From: Raja brachyura
Taxonomy: Eukaryota
Assembly (NCBI GenBank): GCA_963514005.1
Contig: OY740797.1
Coordinates: 19,468,001-19,532,000 of the forward strand
DNA length: 64,000 bases
Direction of reading: 5' to 3'
Positions 27,001 to 39,205 of this stretch are shown here, in pieces. The notes beneath the pieces were generated by a model. It had not been told where the DNA came from. It worked only from the letters and a program-made list of their open reading frames with translations, and did not search any database. A program made the position numbers and the translations under genes. Every line of letters begins with the position of its first letter. Within the stretch, counting starts at the first letter, position 1.

Positions 27001-27290
27001 ATATTAAATTCCCAGGACTGATCCTCCTGCAGCCACGTCTCAGTAATCCCCACAATGTCATATCTACCAACCTCAAACTGAGCCTCAAGCTCATCTACTT
27101 TACTTCTTATACTTCGTGCATTCATATACAATACTTGTAATTCCATACACATCTCACCTTTTACATCGATTCTTATTACACTTGGCCATACTCTCCTATC
27201 CCTTTGTGAGCTTTCTTTCCCGTTAATTCTGGGTTCATTAACTATCCTTTTACTCTCTTTCCCTTTAACTCCGTCTTTGACTATCCCATT
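24003..27290 (-). mobile_element. Long CR1 LINE (APE endonuclease to 3' tail), disrupted, with three small nested insertions
   Basis: LYMNARSIRSK / VGITETW / GGGGVAL (endonuclease); NYRPVSLTS, YLDFQKAFDKV, PQGSVLGP, KFVDDTKL (RT); C-terminal FFTQRVVNLWN. Confidence 0.95.
26541..26680 (-). mobile_element. 140-bp non-LTR insertion with (GAA)n tail and 9-bp TSD
   Basis: TGGGGTCCT is duplicated at 26532-26540 and 26681-26689; a (TCT)n run lies at the left end. Confidence 0.8.
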
Positions 27291-27804
27291 TGACACATTG
27301 AATGCATTTCCTTTTATGGAGCATCTTCCCTGTACCATTCAAAATCTCTCAAAACACGGTTTTCTGTACGGTAAGTTTCAATCATGACCAATTAATCTAT
27401 TTTAGTGATGTTGATTGAGGAATACATATTGATCAGGAGACCAGAGATAACTTGCCTGCTCCTTTTCAAAGTAGGTTGATAAGATTTTTTTACATCCACT
27501 TCAAAAGTCAAATATCTGTTTGCCATCTCATCGAAAATAAGCATCTCTACGAGTGCCTCAGACTTGCTAAAATTTTAACCCACAACTTTTTTTAATGCGG
27601 AGCTATCAACCAAGCTGCACGGACACCGCAAAATGTTTCCTCCCTCCTACTCCACTTCGTCATGTTTTTGAGTCCCAGTACTTGTAATTTTTGTGATATA
27701 TTAATGTTCACTGTTGTTTCCAGCAGTAGTTTTTGTTCCCCATCTGATATAAAGAAGGCCCATGTCCATACCAATTGATTTTATGCACTGTATTCTTCCT
27801 TCAG

Positions 27805-27867
27805 ATACCAGTTCCCAACCATGGATCAACTAGCTGCCATGTTGCCAAGTGTAGTTCAGCATTTTGG
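27805..27867 (+). CDS. NDRG4: NDRG4 coding exon (YQFPTMDQLAAMLPSVVQHFG)
   Basis: ccttcag / gtgagt, 63 nt. Confidence 0.97.
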
Positions 27868-28009
27868 GTGAGTCATCTTGTAAGTTGCTAAGCACCATGT
27901 CTCAAATTAAATCATGTTGTTCCAAATGTAGTATATCAAATAAATATAATTTGTTGCTAAGCACCTAATATCGGTAATGACTAGCATTTGCTAAGCATCC
28001 ATAACACTA

Positions 28010-28430
28010 ATAAATGAGTTGTAAAGAGAGAGCGGAAAGACTGGGACTTTTTCCCCTGAAGCGAAGGATTATTCGGGATGACCTTAAAGATGTTGATAAG
28101 ATCCTGAGGGGCACAGAAAAGGTGGATGGTAACAGTCCTTTCCCTAGGGTAGGGAGGTCAGAAACTAGAGGGCATATGTTTAAGTTGAGATGGGAAAGAT
28201 TTAAAGGGTACCTGAGAGGCAATTTCTTCTTACAGTGGTGGGTACATGAAATGAGCTGTCAGAGAAGTTCTATAGGGTTTACAATGTTTAGAAGACTTGT
28301 GACAGATACACAGATTGGAGAGGTTTAGAAAGATATGGCCAAATGCAGGAAAATGTGTTTAGCGCAGATAAACACATTGGTTGACATGGACAAGTTGAGC
28401 AAAAGGGCCTCTTTCTATGCTGCTTAATTC
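28010..28430 (+). mobile_element. Decayed CR1 3' fragment
   Basis: ORF 28014..28328: LGLFPLKRR..RDDL..V.KI...ETRGHMFKL. Confidence 0.8.
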
Positions 28431-29102
28431 TTAAGACTGAGAGGTGACGTAGAAATATATCTTAGGTTTTGAACATCAATGGCTTAATATTATGGAATAT
28501 GTGCTTTGAACCCCATTTCTGAAGTTCCGTGTTGAGAATATTAATAGACCAAATTTTGGAAGCAGACTATTGTGCATGCCTAATTGTTAAGCATATTTTT
28601 AATGCTTCTAAAAAGCCACTATCTCTTTCTTTAGATGTTGGTCTGATGCTTCAGGTATCCCACAATACCGTGGATTTGTGAGTATTGTGAGATTCCTGAA
28701 GGATCAGAGCAGCATGGTAGCCTCGTGATACTTCAGGCATAGCTACATTGCATGGAAACAGGCCCTTCCCACCTTGAACATCCCAAGGTGTCATACTGGG
28801 TAAGACCCATTTGCTGCATATGGCCCACTAAACCCTTTTTATTCATAAATGTGTCCAAATATCTTTTAAAAGTTGTAATTGTATTTTCTACTATGAACTT
28901 CCGCTGGCAGCTCATTCCAAACACAAGTGAAAATGTTGCCATTGCAGTTCCTTTTAAATCTCTCCCCTCTCTCCTTAAATTTAAGAATTCTAGTTTTAGA
29001 TCAGACCAACATTCTAGTTTTAGAATTCTCTACCCTGGGGAAAAAGACTTTGAGCATTCACTTAATCCATGCATCTCATGATCTCGTACACGTCAATAAG
29101 AT

Positions 29103-30795
29103 AACTATATAACCATATAACAATTACAGCACGGAAACAGGCCCTCTCAGCCCTTCCAGTCTGTGCCGAACATTTATTTTCCCCTAGTCCCACCTACCTG
29201 CACTCAGACCATACCCCTCCATTCCCTTCCCGTCCATATACCTATCCACTTTACTTTTAAATGTTAAAATCGATCCTGCCTCCACCAGTTCTGCAGGAAG
29301 ATCATTCCACACAGCCACCACTCTCTGAGTAAAGAAGTTCCCCCTCATGTTATCCCTAAACTTCTGTCCCTTAATTCTCATGTCATGCCCTCTTGTTTGA
29401 ATCTTCCCTACCCTCAATGGGAAAAGCTTATCCACGTCAACTCTGTCTATCCCTTTCATCATTTTAAAGACCTCAATCAAGTCCCCCCTTAACCTTCTGC
29501 GCTCCAAAGAATAAAGATCTAACTTGTTCAACCTTTCTCTATAACTTAGTTGCTGGAACCCAGGCAACATTCTAGTTATCCTTCCTATAATTAGGCGACC
29601 AAAATTGTACACCATACTCCAGAATTGGTCTCACCAATGCCTTGTACAATTTTAACATTACTTCCCTACTCCTATATTCAATGCTCTGATTTATAAAGGC
29701 CAGCACACCAAAAGCTTTCTTTACCACCCTATCTACATGCGATTCCACCTTCAGGGAACTATGCACAGTTATTCCTAGATCCCTCTGTTCCACAGCATTC
29801 CTCAATTCCCTACCATTTACCATGTACGTCCTATTTTGATCTGTCCTGCCAAGATGTAGCACCTCACACTTATCAGCATTAAACTCCATCTGCCATCTTT
29901 CAGCCCACTCTTCCAAATGGCCTAAATCTCTCTGTAGACTTTGAAAATCTACTTCATTATCCACAACACTACCTATCTTAGTATCATCTGCATACTTACT
30001 TATCCAATTTTCCACCCCATCATCCAGATCATTGATGTACATGACAAACAACAGTGGACCCAACACAGATCCCTGAGGCACCCCACTGGTCACCGGCTTC
30101 CAACCTGACAAGCAGCCATCCACCATTACTCTCTGGCATCTCCCATTCAGCCACTGTTGAATCCATCTTGCTACTCCGCCATTAACACCCAATGATTGAA
30201 TCTTCTTAACCAACCTTCCATGGGAAACCTTGTCAAAGGCCTTACTGAAATCCATATAGACAACATCCACTGCTTTACCCTCATCAATTTCTCTAGTAAC
30301 CTCTTCAAAAAATTCAAGCAAGTTTGTCAAACATGACCTTCCAGGCACAAATCCATGTTGACTGTTCCTGATCAGACTCTGTTTATCCAAATGCTTATAT
30401 ATATTATTTCTAAGTATCCTTTCCATTAATTTGCCCACCACTGACATCAAACTAACAGGTCTATAATTGCTAGGTTTATTGTTTGAACCCTTTTTAAACA
30501 ATGGAACAACATGCGCAGTACGCCAATCCTCCAGCCCTATTCCCGTTTCTAATGACATTTGAAATATTTTTGTCATAGCCCCTGCTATTTCTACACTAAC
30601 TTCCGTCAATGTCCTAGGGAATAACCTGTCAGGACCTGGAGACTTATCCACTTTTATATTTTTCAAAAGTGTCAGTACTTCCTCCTCTTTGAATCTCATA
30701 GTTTCCATAGCTACTCCACTTTCTTCCCTTACTGCAGATAGCTGTCCATTCTGGCTCTCTAATGGTCCAATTTTATCCCTCGTTATCCTTTTGCA
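29103..30795 (-). mobile_element. Young CR1 LINE with a largely open RT region, nested in an older CR1 (about 28735-29102 and 30796-31810)
   Basis: ORF 29572..30858 contains YMDFSKAFDKV, GVPQGSVLGP and YADDTK. The tail is (GGTTATAT)-like. A short AAGAT duplication lies at the junctions. Confidence 0.93.
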
Positions 30796-31910
30796 AAGAT
30801 CACCCATCAGCTTCCCATGCTCCAAAGAAAAAAGGCCCAGCCTATCCAACCTGCACATAATTCATGTCCAAAAGTCCAGATAACATCCTGGTGACACTTT
30901 TCTGTACCGTTTCCAACTTAATGATATCCTTCCCATTGCTAGGCTACAGGAACTGCACATAGTACTCTGTGTAGTACACCAAGTGTAGTGTCACCATTGA
31001 CTTCTACAACTGCATCATGATGTTCCAGCTGTTGTACTCGATATACTTCCCAATGAAGGCAAGCACACCAAAGGCTTTAATCTCACTGTCACCAGACTCG
31101 CCACTTTCAAGGAACCATGTATCTGCACTCCCAGATCTCACTGTTCTTTGTCTTTGTCCACAATACAACCAATTTTGGTGTAATCTGCAAATGTATTAAT
31201 AATTTTAAGTACATTGTCATCCAAATAATTAATGTAGAAAACAAACAATGGTGGACCCAGCATTGACCTCTGTTGGGTTCCACCTTCGCAACGACCATTT
31301 GACTCCTTCCTCCATGTCAATTTTGAATCCAATTGGCTAACTCACCTTGGATTCCATGCATTCTTATCTTCCAGGCTAGACTACCATATGTGACTTCGTC
31401 AAAGGCGTAGCTAAAGTCCATATAGATAATTTGCACCACATTGGTCACCTTGAAAAAAAAACTCAATCAGATTTGTGAGACACGGTTTCCCATGCACAAA
31501 GGCATGCTGACTATCCTTAATCAGTTTGTGCCTATACAAATGCTGATGGACTCTGTCAGTAAGAGTCCTTTCCAATAACCTTTCCACCACTGCCATCATG
31601 CTCATCATCCTGTAGTTCCCTGGCTTGTCCTAGCTGCTCTTCTTAAATGTTATCCACCCTTCAGTTTTCTCGAAGTTGACCTGTGGCTATAGATAAATCA
31701 AATATCTCTTCAGGGCTCTGCAATTTCCTCCCTTGCTTCTCACAAGGTCTGAGGATACACTTGGTCAGACCCAGTGGATTTATCCACTTTAATGTGCTTT
31801 AGAACCGCCAATATCTTCTCTGTGGTTATTAATATCGAATCTAAGATATTTCAACTCCAAAGGCAGTTCCAATGAATAATTGTATTTGTTTCTCCTTATC
31901 TTTCTTCCAG

Positions 31911-31971
31911 GTTTAAAAGTATTGTTGGAATCGGAGTGGGAGCTGGAGCCTATGTCCTTGCCAAGTTTGCA
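31911..31971 (+). CDS. NDRG4: NDRG4 coding exon (FKSIVGIGVGAGAYVLAKFA)
   Basis: tcttccag / gtgagt, 61 nt. Contains the NDRG GxGxG pseudo-nucleophile elbow. Confidence 0.97.
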
Positions 31972-33031
31972 GTGAGTCTCTCAGCATTGTACTACTGCTA
32001 TGCAATGTGATATCAGTAGATTTGTAAAATGTACTTAAATTTAAATTATTCATGCGATATTGTTCTCCACTCTGAACCCCCACTATTAGCCTCCCTTCTA
32101 CCAACTGCCCTCAGTACTTTCCACAAACTTGTGGTATTGTGGCCAGTTAAAGATCTTTTATTGCTGCCCATACTTGCAGAGGTACTTGACTGGACAGTGG
32201 ATTTGGGAGTGGGTATAGCGGATTACAGGGAATGGTTAGAGAAAGGGTGCGTGGAGAGTGAATAGATCCCAATTCTTATTTCACTTTGTATTTAAAAAGT
32301 GTTTGAACTATTACTAAAATTTAGAATTTTTTACTTCCTCATTTGCTTTTGGTAAAGTTTCTTCAGTCATTTTGAATGTTCACTGCGTGAGATTGTTGTG
32401 ACACTGCATTTGCTGAATGTTGCATGTCCATATAGGAAAGCAAGTCAGATTGTCTCAATACCCGATAAATCCTTTTGACAGTAAGCTTTGGGCCTGGTAG
32501 CAAACCTTCCCACTTCACAGATGCCAAGAAAATTCAAATGCAGGAGTTTACGGAGCAGGAAATGTTACTCAGTTTATCCAAATTATGGCTTAGTTCCGAT
32601 GAAGTTTTATCTACATTTAAATCAAACTGTGTTATCTCTCATACATTGACAGACGTGTTGATATTTTCCAACACACATCATTTATGTTTTGTATCTTGAA
32701 TATGTGACCTACTCTCTTGACTTACTTTACTGGGACACCAGCAACAGACGGTTTTGTGTATAGGTTCTGTCTTTTAAAATGGATTTACCAAAGGAATATC
32801 AGACATGCATAAACATGCCAGTTGATAATATTAACACTCATTACATTCTTGGTTCTTGAGTACCGAACACCCATAAACTGAAGCAGCTCTGCAGTTATTC
32901 CTTGAATTGGCATGTCAAGCAAGGCTTCTCATGGACTTTAATGTGCAGGAATGTTTTGTGCAGTGAGCTCTCTCAATCTAATGTCCCTCTCACTGGTTTT
33001 GTTGGACTTACTTGACTGTGTGCTCTTTCAG

Positions 33032-33118
33032 TTGATTTTCCCAGATATGGTGGAGGGGATGGTCCTTCTCAATATTGATCCCTGTGGAAAGGGTTGGATT
33101 GACTGGGCAGCAACTAAG
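33032..33118 (+). CDS. NDRG4: NDRG4 coding exon ([29 protein letters not shown])
   Basis: ctttcag / gtcagt, 87 nt. Lies within track ORF 32951..33187. Confidence 0.97.
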
Positions 33119-34713
33119 GTCAGTGCACATCAGTATTTAACTGCGACAAATAATAAAACATATCATCATCTTGCTATTTTAAGCTGAAAAACAGTAGAGG
33201 CATTATGAATGTGTTTTCCAACTAAATTAAATGCTTGTAAACAAACCTCTGAGTCTAAGTTCGGAATTTCAATTAGGACTGCATCGTATTATACATTTGG
33301 GATGTGGCCTATTGGAAATCTTAATGTAGGTTGCAGAAGAAGCACTCCTAAAGAGGAAGCTCCGACATTCAACCAGGCACAAAATGCTCTGTGCAGTAAT
33401 TCAGAATCACACTTTATTGGCCAAGTATGTTTTGCAACATACGAGGAATTTCATTGGAGATAATAAAGCAAGTTGTGAACTGGGGATAGAATTTCCAGGG
33501 TTTAGAGAGAGTGTCGGTGAAGACAATGGTGTGGGTTAGGTTTGGAGAGATACACTGTTGGTAGTGACAGGATTGAGGGATGTTGGAACGAATAATATGG
33601 GAAGGTAAGTCTTGAGGGTAATGAGGGGAAGGGGCTAAAGGGGAAGAGTGCAGTGGCCATGCATTGAGTTGTTTTAATCACAATGAAAAGATAAAAACAG
33701 ACATCTACTTGGAGGAAGGCGGACACCTTGGACCCTCCAACATGACAGCTCCACTAAGGTCTGTTTTCACTCAGACCTGAAAATGGCCTTCCCAGTCTCA
33801 AATGTTTGGGAACCCTAAATAGGTATAATAATTAATACCTGGGAATGGTTTATGACCTAGAACCTATTCATGAGTTATATATTATGACTTGTATAGCTTG
33901 AGTTTCAGTTTTATGGATAAAACCCATGGCAGCATAAAATATAGCTATACAGAAGTTACATTTTCAATTATTTTGTTTTTGAAATATCCTTTTTTTTGCT
34001 TTAACCAGGCATCATGATGATTTATAGATTCCCTTTATGTAGTGAGAGAAGAATTAGATGGCAGTTAATGGTGTGCAAAAGAACATGAGTTGCAGGGTAT
34101 AAGTGGGAGAATATGATTGAAGATATTGTTCTGAAAACTGGCATAGGATCAGTGAGAATGGCCGTTATCTCTGACGCAAGAAATTGCTCGTATCATTCCT
34201 TGAGCAATCCTGCTTGTTTGTGTGATGCGCAGGTCAGTGGAACAACAAGGCCAGTAAAAGTTGAATGTAAACGTGTAAAAAAAAAACACAAAAGGTGTTC
34301 ACAATTACACAGAACAATTGTGAAGATGGTGTCAGGAATATAATGACCGAGTCCTTAATTATTATTGTTACTGATTTCTGTTTAGTTACATATTATAGAT
34401 ACTCTTGAATATTCTTTGAATGACTAAAATGTCTAAATAAAATTTTACTGAACAGAACTGAGAATGGAAAAATCGACCTCAAAAGTGAACCAAAGTCACA
34501 GCTGAAAAATTCAAGCCCCTATTATTCTTGTGTAAATTCGGAAAGTTATCTTTACAATTTAAATTAGTGTTTTTTTTTTGCATTGTATAAATCCATATTC
34601 ATGGTTCCTCTTCAGGTTTAGCTTAGATTATGGATTGGTGTAGAGAAATGTTGTCCTTCAAGAGATTGGAGAATGTGGAGAGTGAAGCTCATTGCTCTTC
34701 TGTTTGTTGACAG

Positions 34714-34770
34714 CTCTCGGGTCTAACCAGCTCTCTCCCTGACACCGTCCTGTCACATCTCTGCAGCCAG
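34714..34770 (+). CDS. NDRG4: NDRG4 coding exon (LSGLTSSLPDTVLSHLCSQ)
   Basis: ttgacag / gtaagt, 57 nt. Confidence 0.96.
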
Positions 34771-36574
34771 GTAAGTTGATACTGCATGATCACCAGAGGC
34801 TCTGCTTCCTGCCACGTCATTTAATAAAACACTTCATCAACCCAAGGCAATAAACCGAGCCCGAGGATGATCAACCCCTGAGATTTGCTGATATGGTTTT
34901 TAAAAAAATTATTTTGAACGTTGATGTATTTCACTTTGATCTTGAGTTGGGTAAGCAGATGGAAAATGCCTCCTCAGTCCTAGGTGTAAGATCCACAGGT
35001 GACTTTTAATTTCAGACCTCGTCTACATTTTACAGGCCAGCTACCTGCCCTAAACTGGTGAACTGGGGCAGCTGAACTGGGGTGGCTGGCAGAGTGGAGA
35101 GGATGCTGGGGATGTTAGTTCCGAAGGAAGGTTCGCAACAGCTGGTAAGTTTAGGAGGGGTTTTTAGCAAGGCTCTCTATGGAAGGGAGATGGTGGTGAC
35201 ATGGGTGAGGTGTGGGTGGAAATCAAGTGCTTAGGGAGTTCAACTTGTCTTGAGAAATCTGATAGATCTCTTCCTGTCTGTAGCTTGATGAAAAAGATTT
35301 TACATTTTAATTGGAATAGCCTCATTGCCCTTCCCAAAGATAACTGACCTGGCTATCTTCTGAACTGAATTATAGTATTGATTGGTCCTACAGGCAAAAA
35401 ATAACAATATATATTTTAAACGGGGACACTTCAGGTGTTACATAACTTGCAGGTTAAGTTATCGGTGGCAGCAAAGCATCAAGCTCCAAGCATGTAATCA
35501 AATGCTTGCAACGGAACGTCCACTTGCTTGATTTACTCTGGCAGGTCACCTTGCCTTAAAATTGAGAAACAGAAGTGATAGTGCATTGCCCACAATGTAG
35601 GGAAAGATTTACGTTGAGGTCAGGCTAAAATGTATTTCAAAGTCCAGAATGAGAAATAGTATGACAGGGAGATAGGATGCAATGTAATGATTTAGAGTTG
35701 ATTGCGATAAATCTGATGCAGTGTAAGAATTTGGATATATTATATTAGTGGTACTTGGCGATTAGATACAATACCATAATCAGGTTAGTCGAATATTAAC
35801 GAACAGTGTAATCTCACTTTGGTTAAACAATTTTGGTCCATTTAAGCATGCACTGCATCCTATCACACTATCTACTACGTGTTAGATGTGATTTGTTAGG
35901 ATGAAGCAAAGTAGCTAAAATATGGTGTGGTTAAAATGTATGTGTTAATAAATAGTGCGATTAATTATGTTACACTGCAGGTGTTATGACTGGATGTGAC
36001 TGAAATGGCGTGGATTTTGAATTTAGTTACTTAGCTATTTGAAATGAAAACTGCATTTTCCTTCAGCATGATGCCTGGTGCATTCGTAGAAAACCAGCAC
36101 TTTACACATCCTGAGAACCACAACTGAGATCTGTGCTCAGTTAGCAATATCAGTCTTTGACTGAACAGAGTGCAATGTTTTAATTATACCTAGAGAGGAT
36201 TATGGCAAAACAAAATCAGCAAGGTTCTCCTCATTGAATAAAGATCTGGATACAATAGATCATTTGAATACATTTTTACTATTCATGGAACTGTTACCTC
36301 CTTCTGCGCAGGCTATTGCTGTGCATGTCAGAGTTCATCCAACTCTACACTGTGAGTGTTGAATTTGCTGGAAATTCAGAAAGAAGTGTGGATTCTTCCA
36401 TTCATATAAGTGATGATATTAAACCATTGTTGTTTGCTTTGTTTTATTTTATTCATTTAATTTGTTGGATAAGAGTGTTTTCCTGTTATGAAGTCCTGAA
36501 TGTATTGAAAGATTAAAGATCTTGTGAACTAGTGAAAGAGTGACAAACAAAGAGATAAGGAGATGGATGGTCAG

Positions 36575-36830
36575 ATAAACTGAGATACAGAGAAATGTAT
36601 TCTCGCAGAGGGTGGTGAATCTCTGGAATTCTCTACCTTAGAAGGTTCTGAATGCTAGATCCCTGAAGATATTTAACGGGCAGGAAGATACATTTTTGAA
36701 AGATCGAGAAATTGAGAACTTCGAAGAACTGGCACAGAAGAAGAGTTAATGCCCCGGGTAAATCATTAATGATGCTATTGAATGGCAAGGCAGGCTTGGG
36801 TGGGGTGGGCGACGAGGTCACGAGGCTGAA
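36575..36830 (+). mobile_element. CR1 3' fragment
   Basis: Contains TTCTCGCAGAGGGTGGTGAATCTCTGGAATTCTCTACC (FSQRVVNLWNSL). Confidence 0.75.
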
Positions 36831-37293
36831 TGCGGCTCTTGGGTGATCCGTATTGGCTAACATCTCTGCAGACAAATTAATGCTTTGTCATATATTGCAA
36901 AATATCTGAGGTAGCAAAGCTGTCCAAAGTGTGAGAAGCATTTTGAGATGTGCATGAGAGATTGGATAAGCTACTACATAAATGTATGGGCTTCCTTTAT
37001 TGAATTTGATGTTGACCATCAGAATGACCAAATAAAGATGACAGTTTTCTATGAAATCTTTACTCCTTCCCTTATCGCTCTCCCAGAGCAATGTTTGTAA
37101 TTGTAAGCTAATGATGAAGTTCCTAAGTGTGCATACATGGGTGAGATGCCACAGGTAGATCACATCCAGGCATTCCCAGTGATTGGTGCCTTCTGAAAAT
37201 ATTTAAGAAATTTTGTTCTGGAAAAAAGCAGTAGGCTCTTTAATATTTGGTCATCAGAGTATTGTGTAACAGTGTTTTCCATCCCAATGTCAG

Positions 37294-37397
37294 GAGGAAT
37301 TAATGAACAATACGGAGCTGGTGCAGAGCCTGCGACAGCAGATAGGAGCCAACATCAACCAGAGCAATCTGCAGCTCTTCTGGAACATGTACAATAG
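37294..37397 (+). CDS. NDRG4: NDRG4 coding exon (EELMNNTELVQSLRQQIGANINQSNLQLFWNMYNS)
   Basis: tgtcag / gtaatt, 104 nt. Confidence 0.96.
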
Positions 37398-37756
37398 GTA
37401 ATTGTCCAAGGTGGTACTCAGTATAACAATAGCACCACAAACACATCTCAGGGAAGGCATTAGTATTACAGAGATCCTCTCTCTGTGTCACCAACGACCT
37501 CTATTTCAGTGCACTGTCATAGACAGTTTATCACAAAGTGTCCTAGTTTCAACCATCATTAAATCCTTATTTGCTTAATGACATGAATTAAATTACTTAT
37601 TCACCTGTATCCCACTTAAGGTCAGAAATGTGAAAGTTCATTGATGGTTGCTCAATATTCATTAACATTCACAACTTCTCAGATGATGACTGAATTGATA
37701 TATGCGTGCTAACATCCTAGGTTACTTGAAGACAGGGACTAACAATCACAATAATA

Positions 37757-38477
37757 TTTTATTAGCCAAGTATGTTTTGCAACATACGAGGAATTTCATT
37801 TGCCCAGACAGTCATACAAATAAAAAGCAACGGAACACACAAAATACATTTTAACATGAAAATCCACCACAGTGCCTCCTCCACATTCCTCACTGTGATG
37901 GAAGGCGAAAAAAAGTTCAAATCTCTTCCCTTCATTGTTCTCCCCGCGGTTAGGGGCCTCGAGCCCTCCGATGACGGGACAATCTTGATTCCTGTAGCCG
38001 GCAGCATTTTGGCCCTCCACGGGACGATCAGCACCTGCATCGGGGGGATGTCAGCTCCCCCGGGCCGGCGATCAAACCCCTCGTCGGGACTGGTCGAGCC
38101 TCTGCGACGTTCGAGCTCCCAACTACCCTCTCCCGAGGCTGCGAGCTCGCGCTGGTACAGTCCGCAGGCAAGGGATCACTCCGATGTTAAGTCCACGCCC
38201 TGCAGTGGGGCTCAAGGTCAGTCCGAGGAGGCCTCCAGCTCCATCGATGGTAGGCTGCAGAGCGACCAGAGATGCGTTCCGGGAATTTTCTTTTTTTTAA
38301 TCACCTCTTCGGCAAGGTAAGAAACTGAAAAAAAAATTCCCCCGACCTCCTCCGCCTCCCCCACATAAAACAAACAGGAGAACATTTACACAGACTTTTC
38401 AAATGCACAAAATGTTTTTAAAAAGGCGAAAAGACAGACTGTTGGCGGGGCTGCCAATCGTGCGGCGCCCCTGGTGG
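37757..38477 (-). mobile_element. CpG-rich non-autonomous retroposon with a Rex1/Babar-like 3' tail
   Basis: The tail GGCAAATGAAATTCCTCGTATGTTGCAAAACATACTTGGCTAATAAA resembles the Rex1 tail at about 40277-40313 and a tail-only copy at about 33410-33457. The head is shared with 44890-45745. Confidence 0.7.
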
Positions 38478-39205
38478 TCAAATAGCAAATAATCACGCAT
38501 GGAGGTCTCAGGTAATGACCGTCTGCAACAAGAGAATATCCAGCCAATCATCCAACAATGTTTGTGTTGGCAAAGACTCCACCATTCACATCTTGAAAGT
38601 TAACTAGATCAGCAATGTAAGTACGAGGGCAACGTGAGCAGGTCAGTGGCAAGGTATTCCACGGCGAGTGGCTCATGTCTTAGCTCCCCAAAACTGTCAC
38701 ATTATCCATGGTGTAGAATTCAGAAATATTCCCTCACTGAACTGAGTAGAGTTCTAACAGTATTAAAAAGCTTGACACCATTGAGGACGGAGGACTGTGA
38801 TCGACCTCCTGTGCACCCCAGCTTTAAATGCCGTTATAGCACCTGCCTCAACTCCTTTCTCAGGCAGTTGATTCCATATACTCTCCACCCTGTGATTAAC
38901 AACGATGCCCCTAAGGTTCCTATTAAATCTTGCCCCTCTCACCTTAAGCAAATGTACTCTGGTTTTTGATTCCCCAAACTGGTTTATGATTCCCCTATTG
39001 ACCCCATCTAGTTCCTTTATGATTTTATGCACCTCTATAAGGTCGCCACTCAGCCTCCTGCAATCCAGGTAATAAAGTCCTAGCCTGCCTAACCTTTATA
39101 GCTCAGGCCTTCAAGTCCTGACAACATTCTCATAAATCATCTTTTTCTTCTTAAAAAGCCTTATTTACCATCGTATTTGTAATGCCACTTTAAGGATATT
39201 ATGTA

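Noticed and set aside
29572-30858. 428-aa reverse transcriptase ORF as a host gene or a novel RT system
   Set aside because: It is ordinary CR1 LINE ORF2 with a chimeric N-terminus, a frameshifted C-terminus and a LINE tail.
37772-38320. 182-aa ORF, and the overlapping 94-147-aa ORFs at 45178-45676
   Set aside because: Open frames arise on several strands at once in GC-rich repeat bodies; no recognisable domain.
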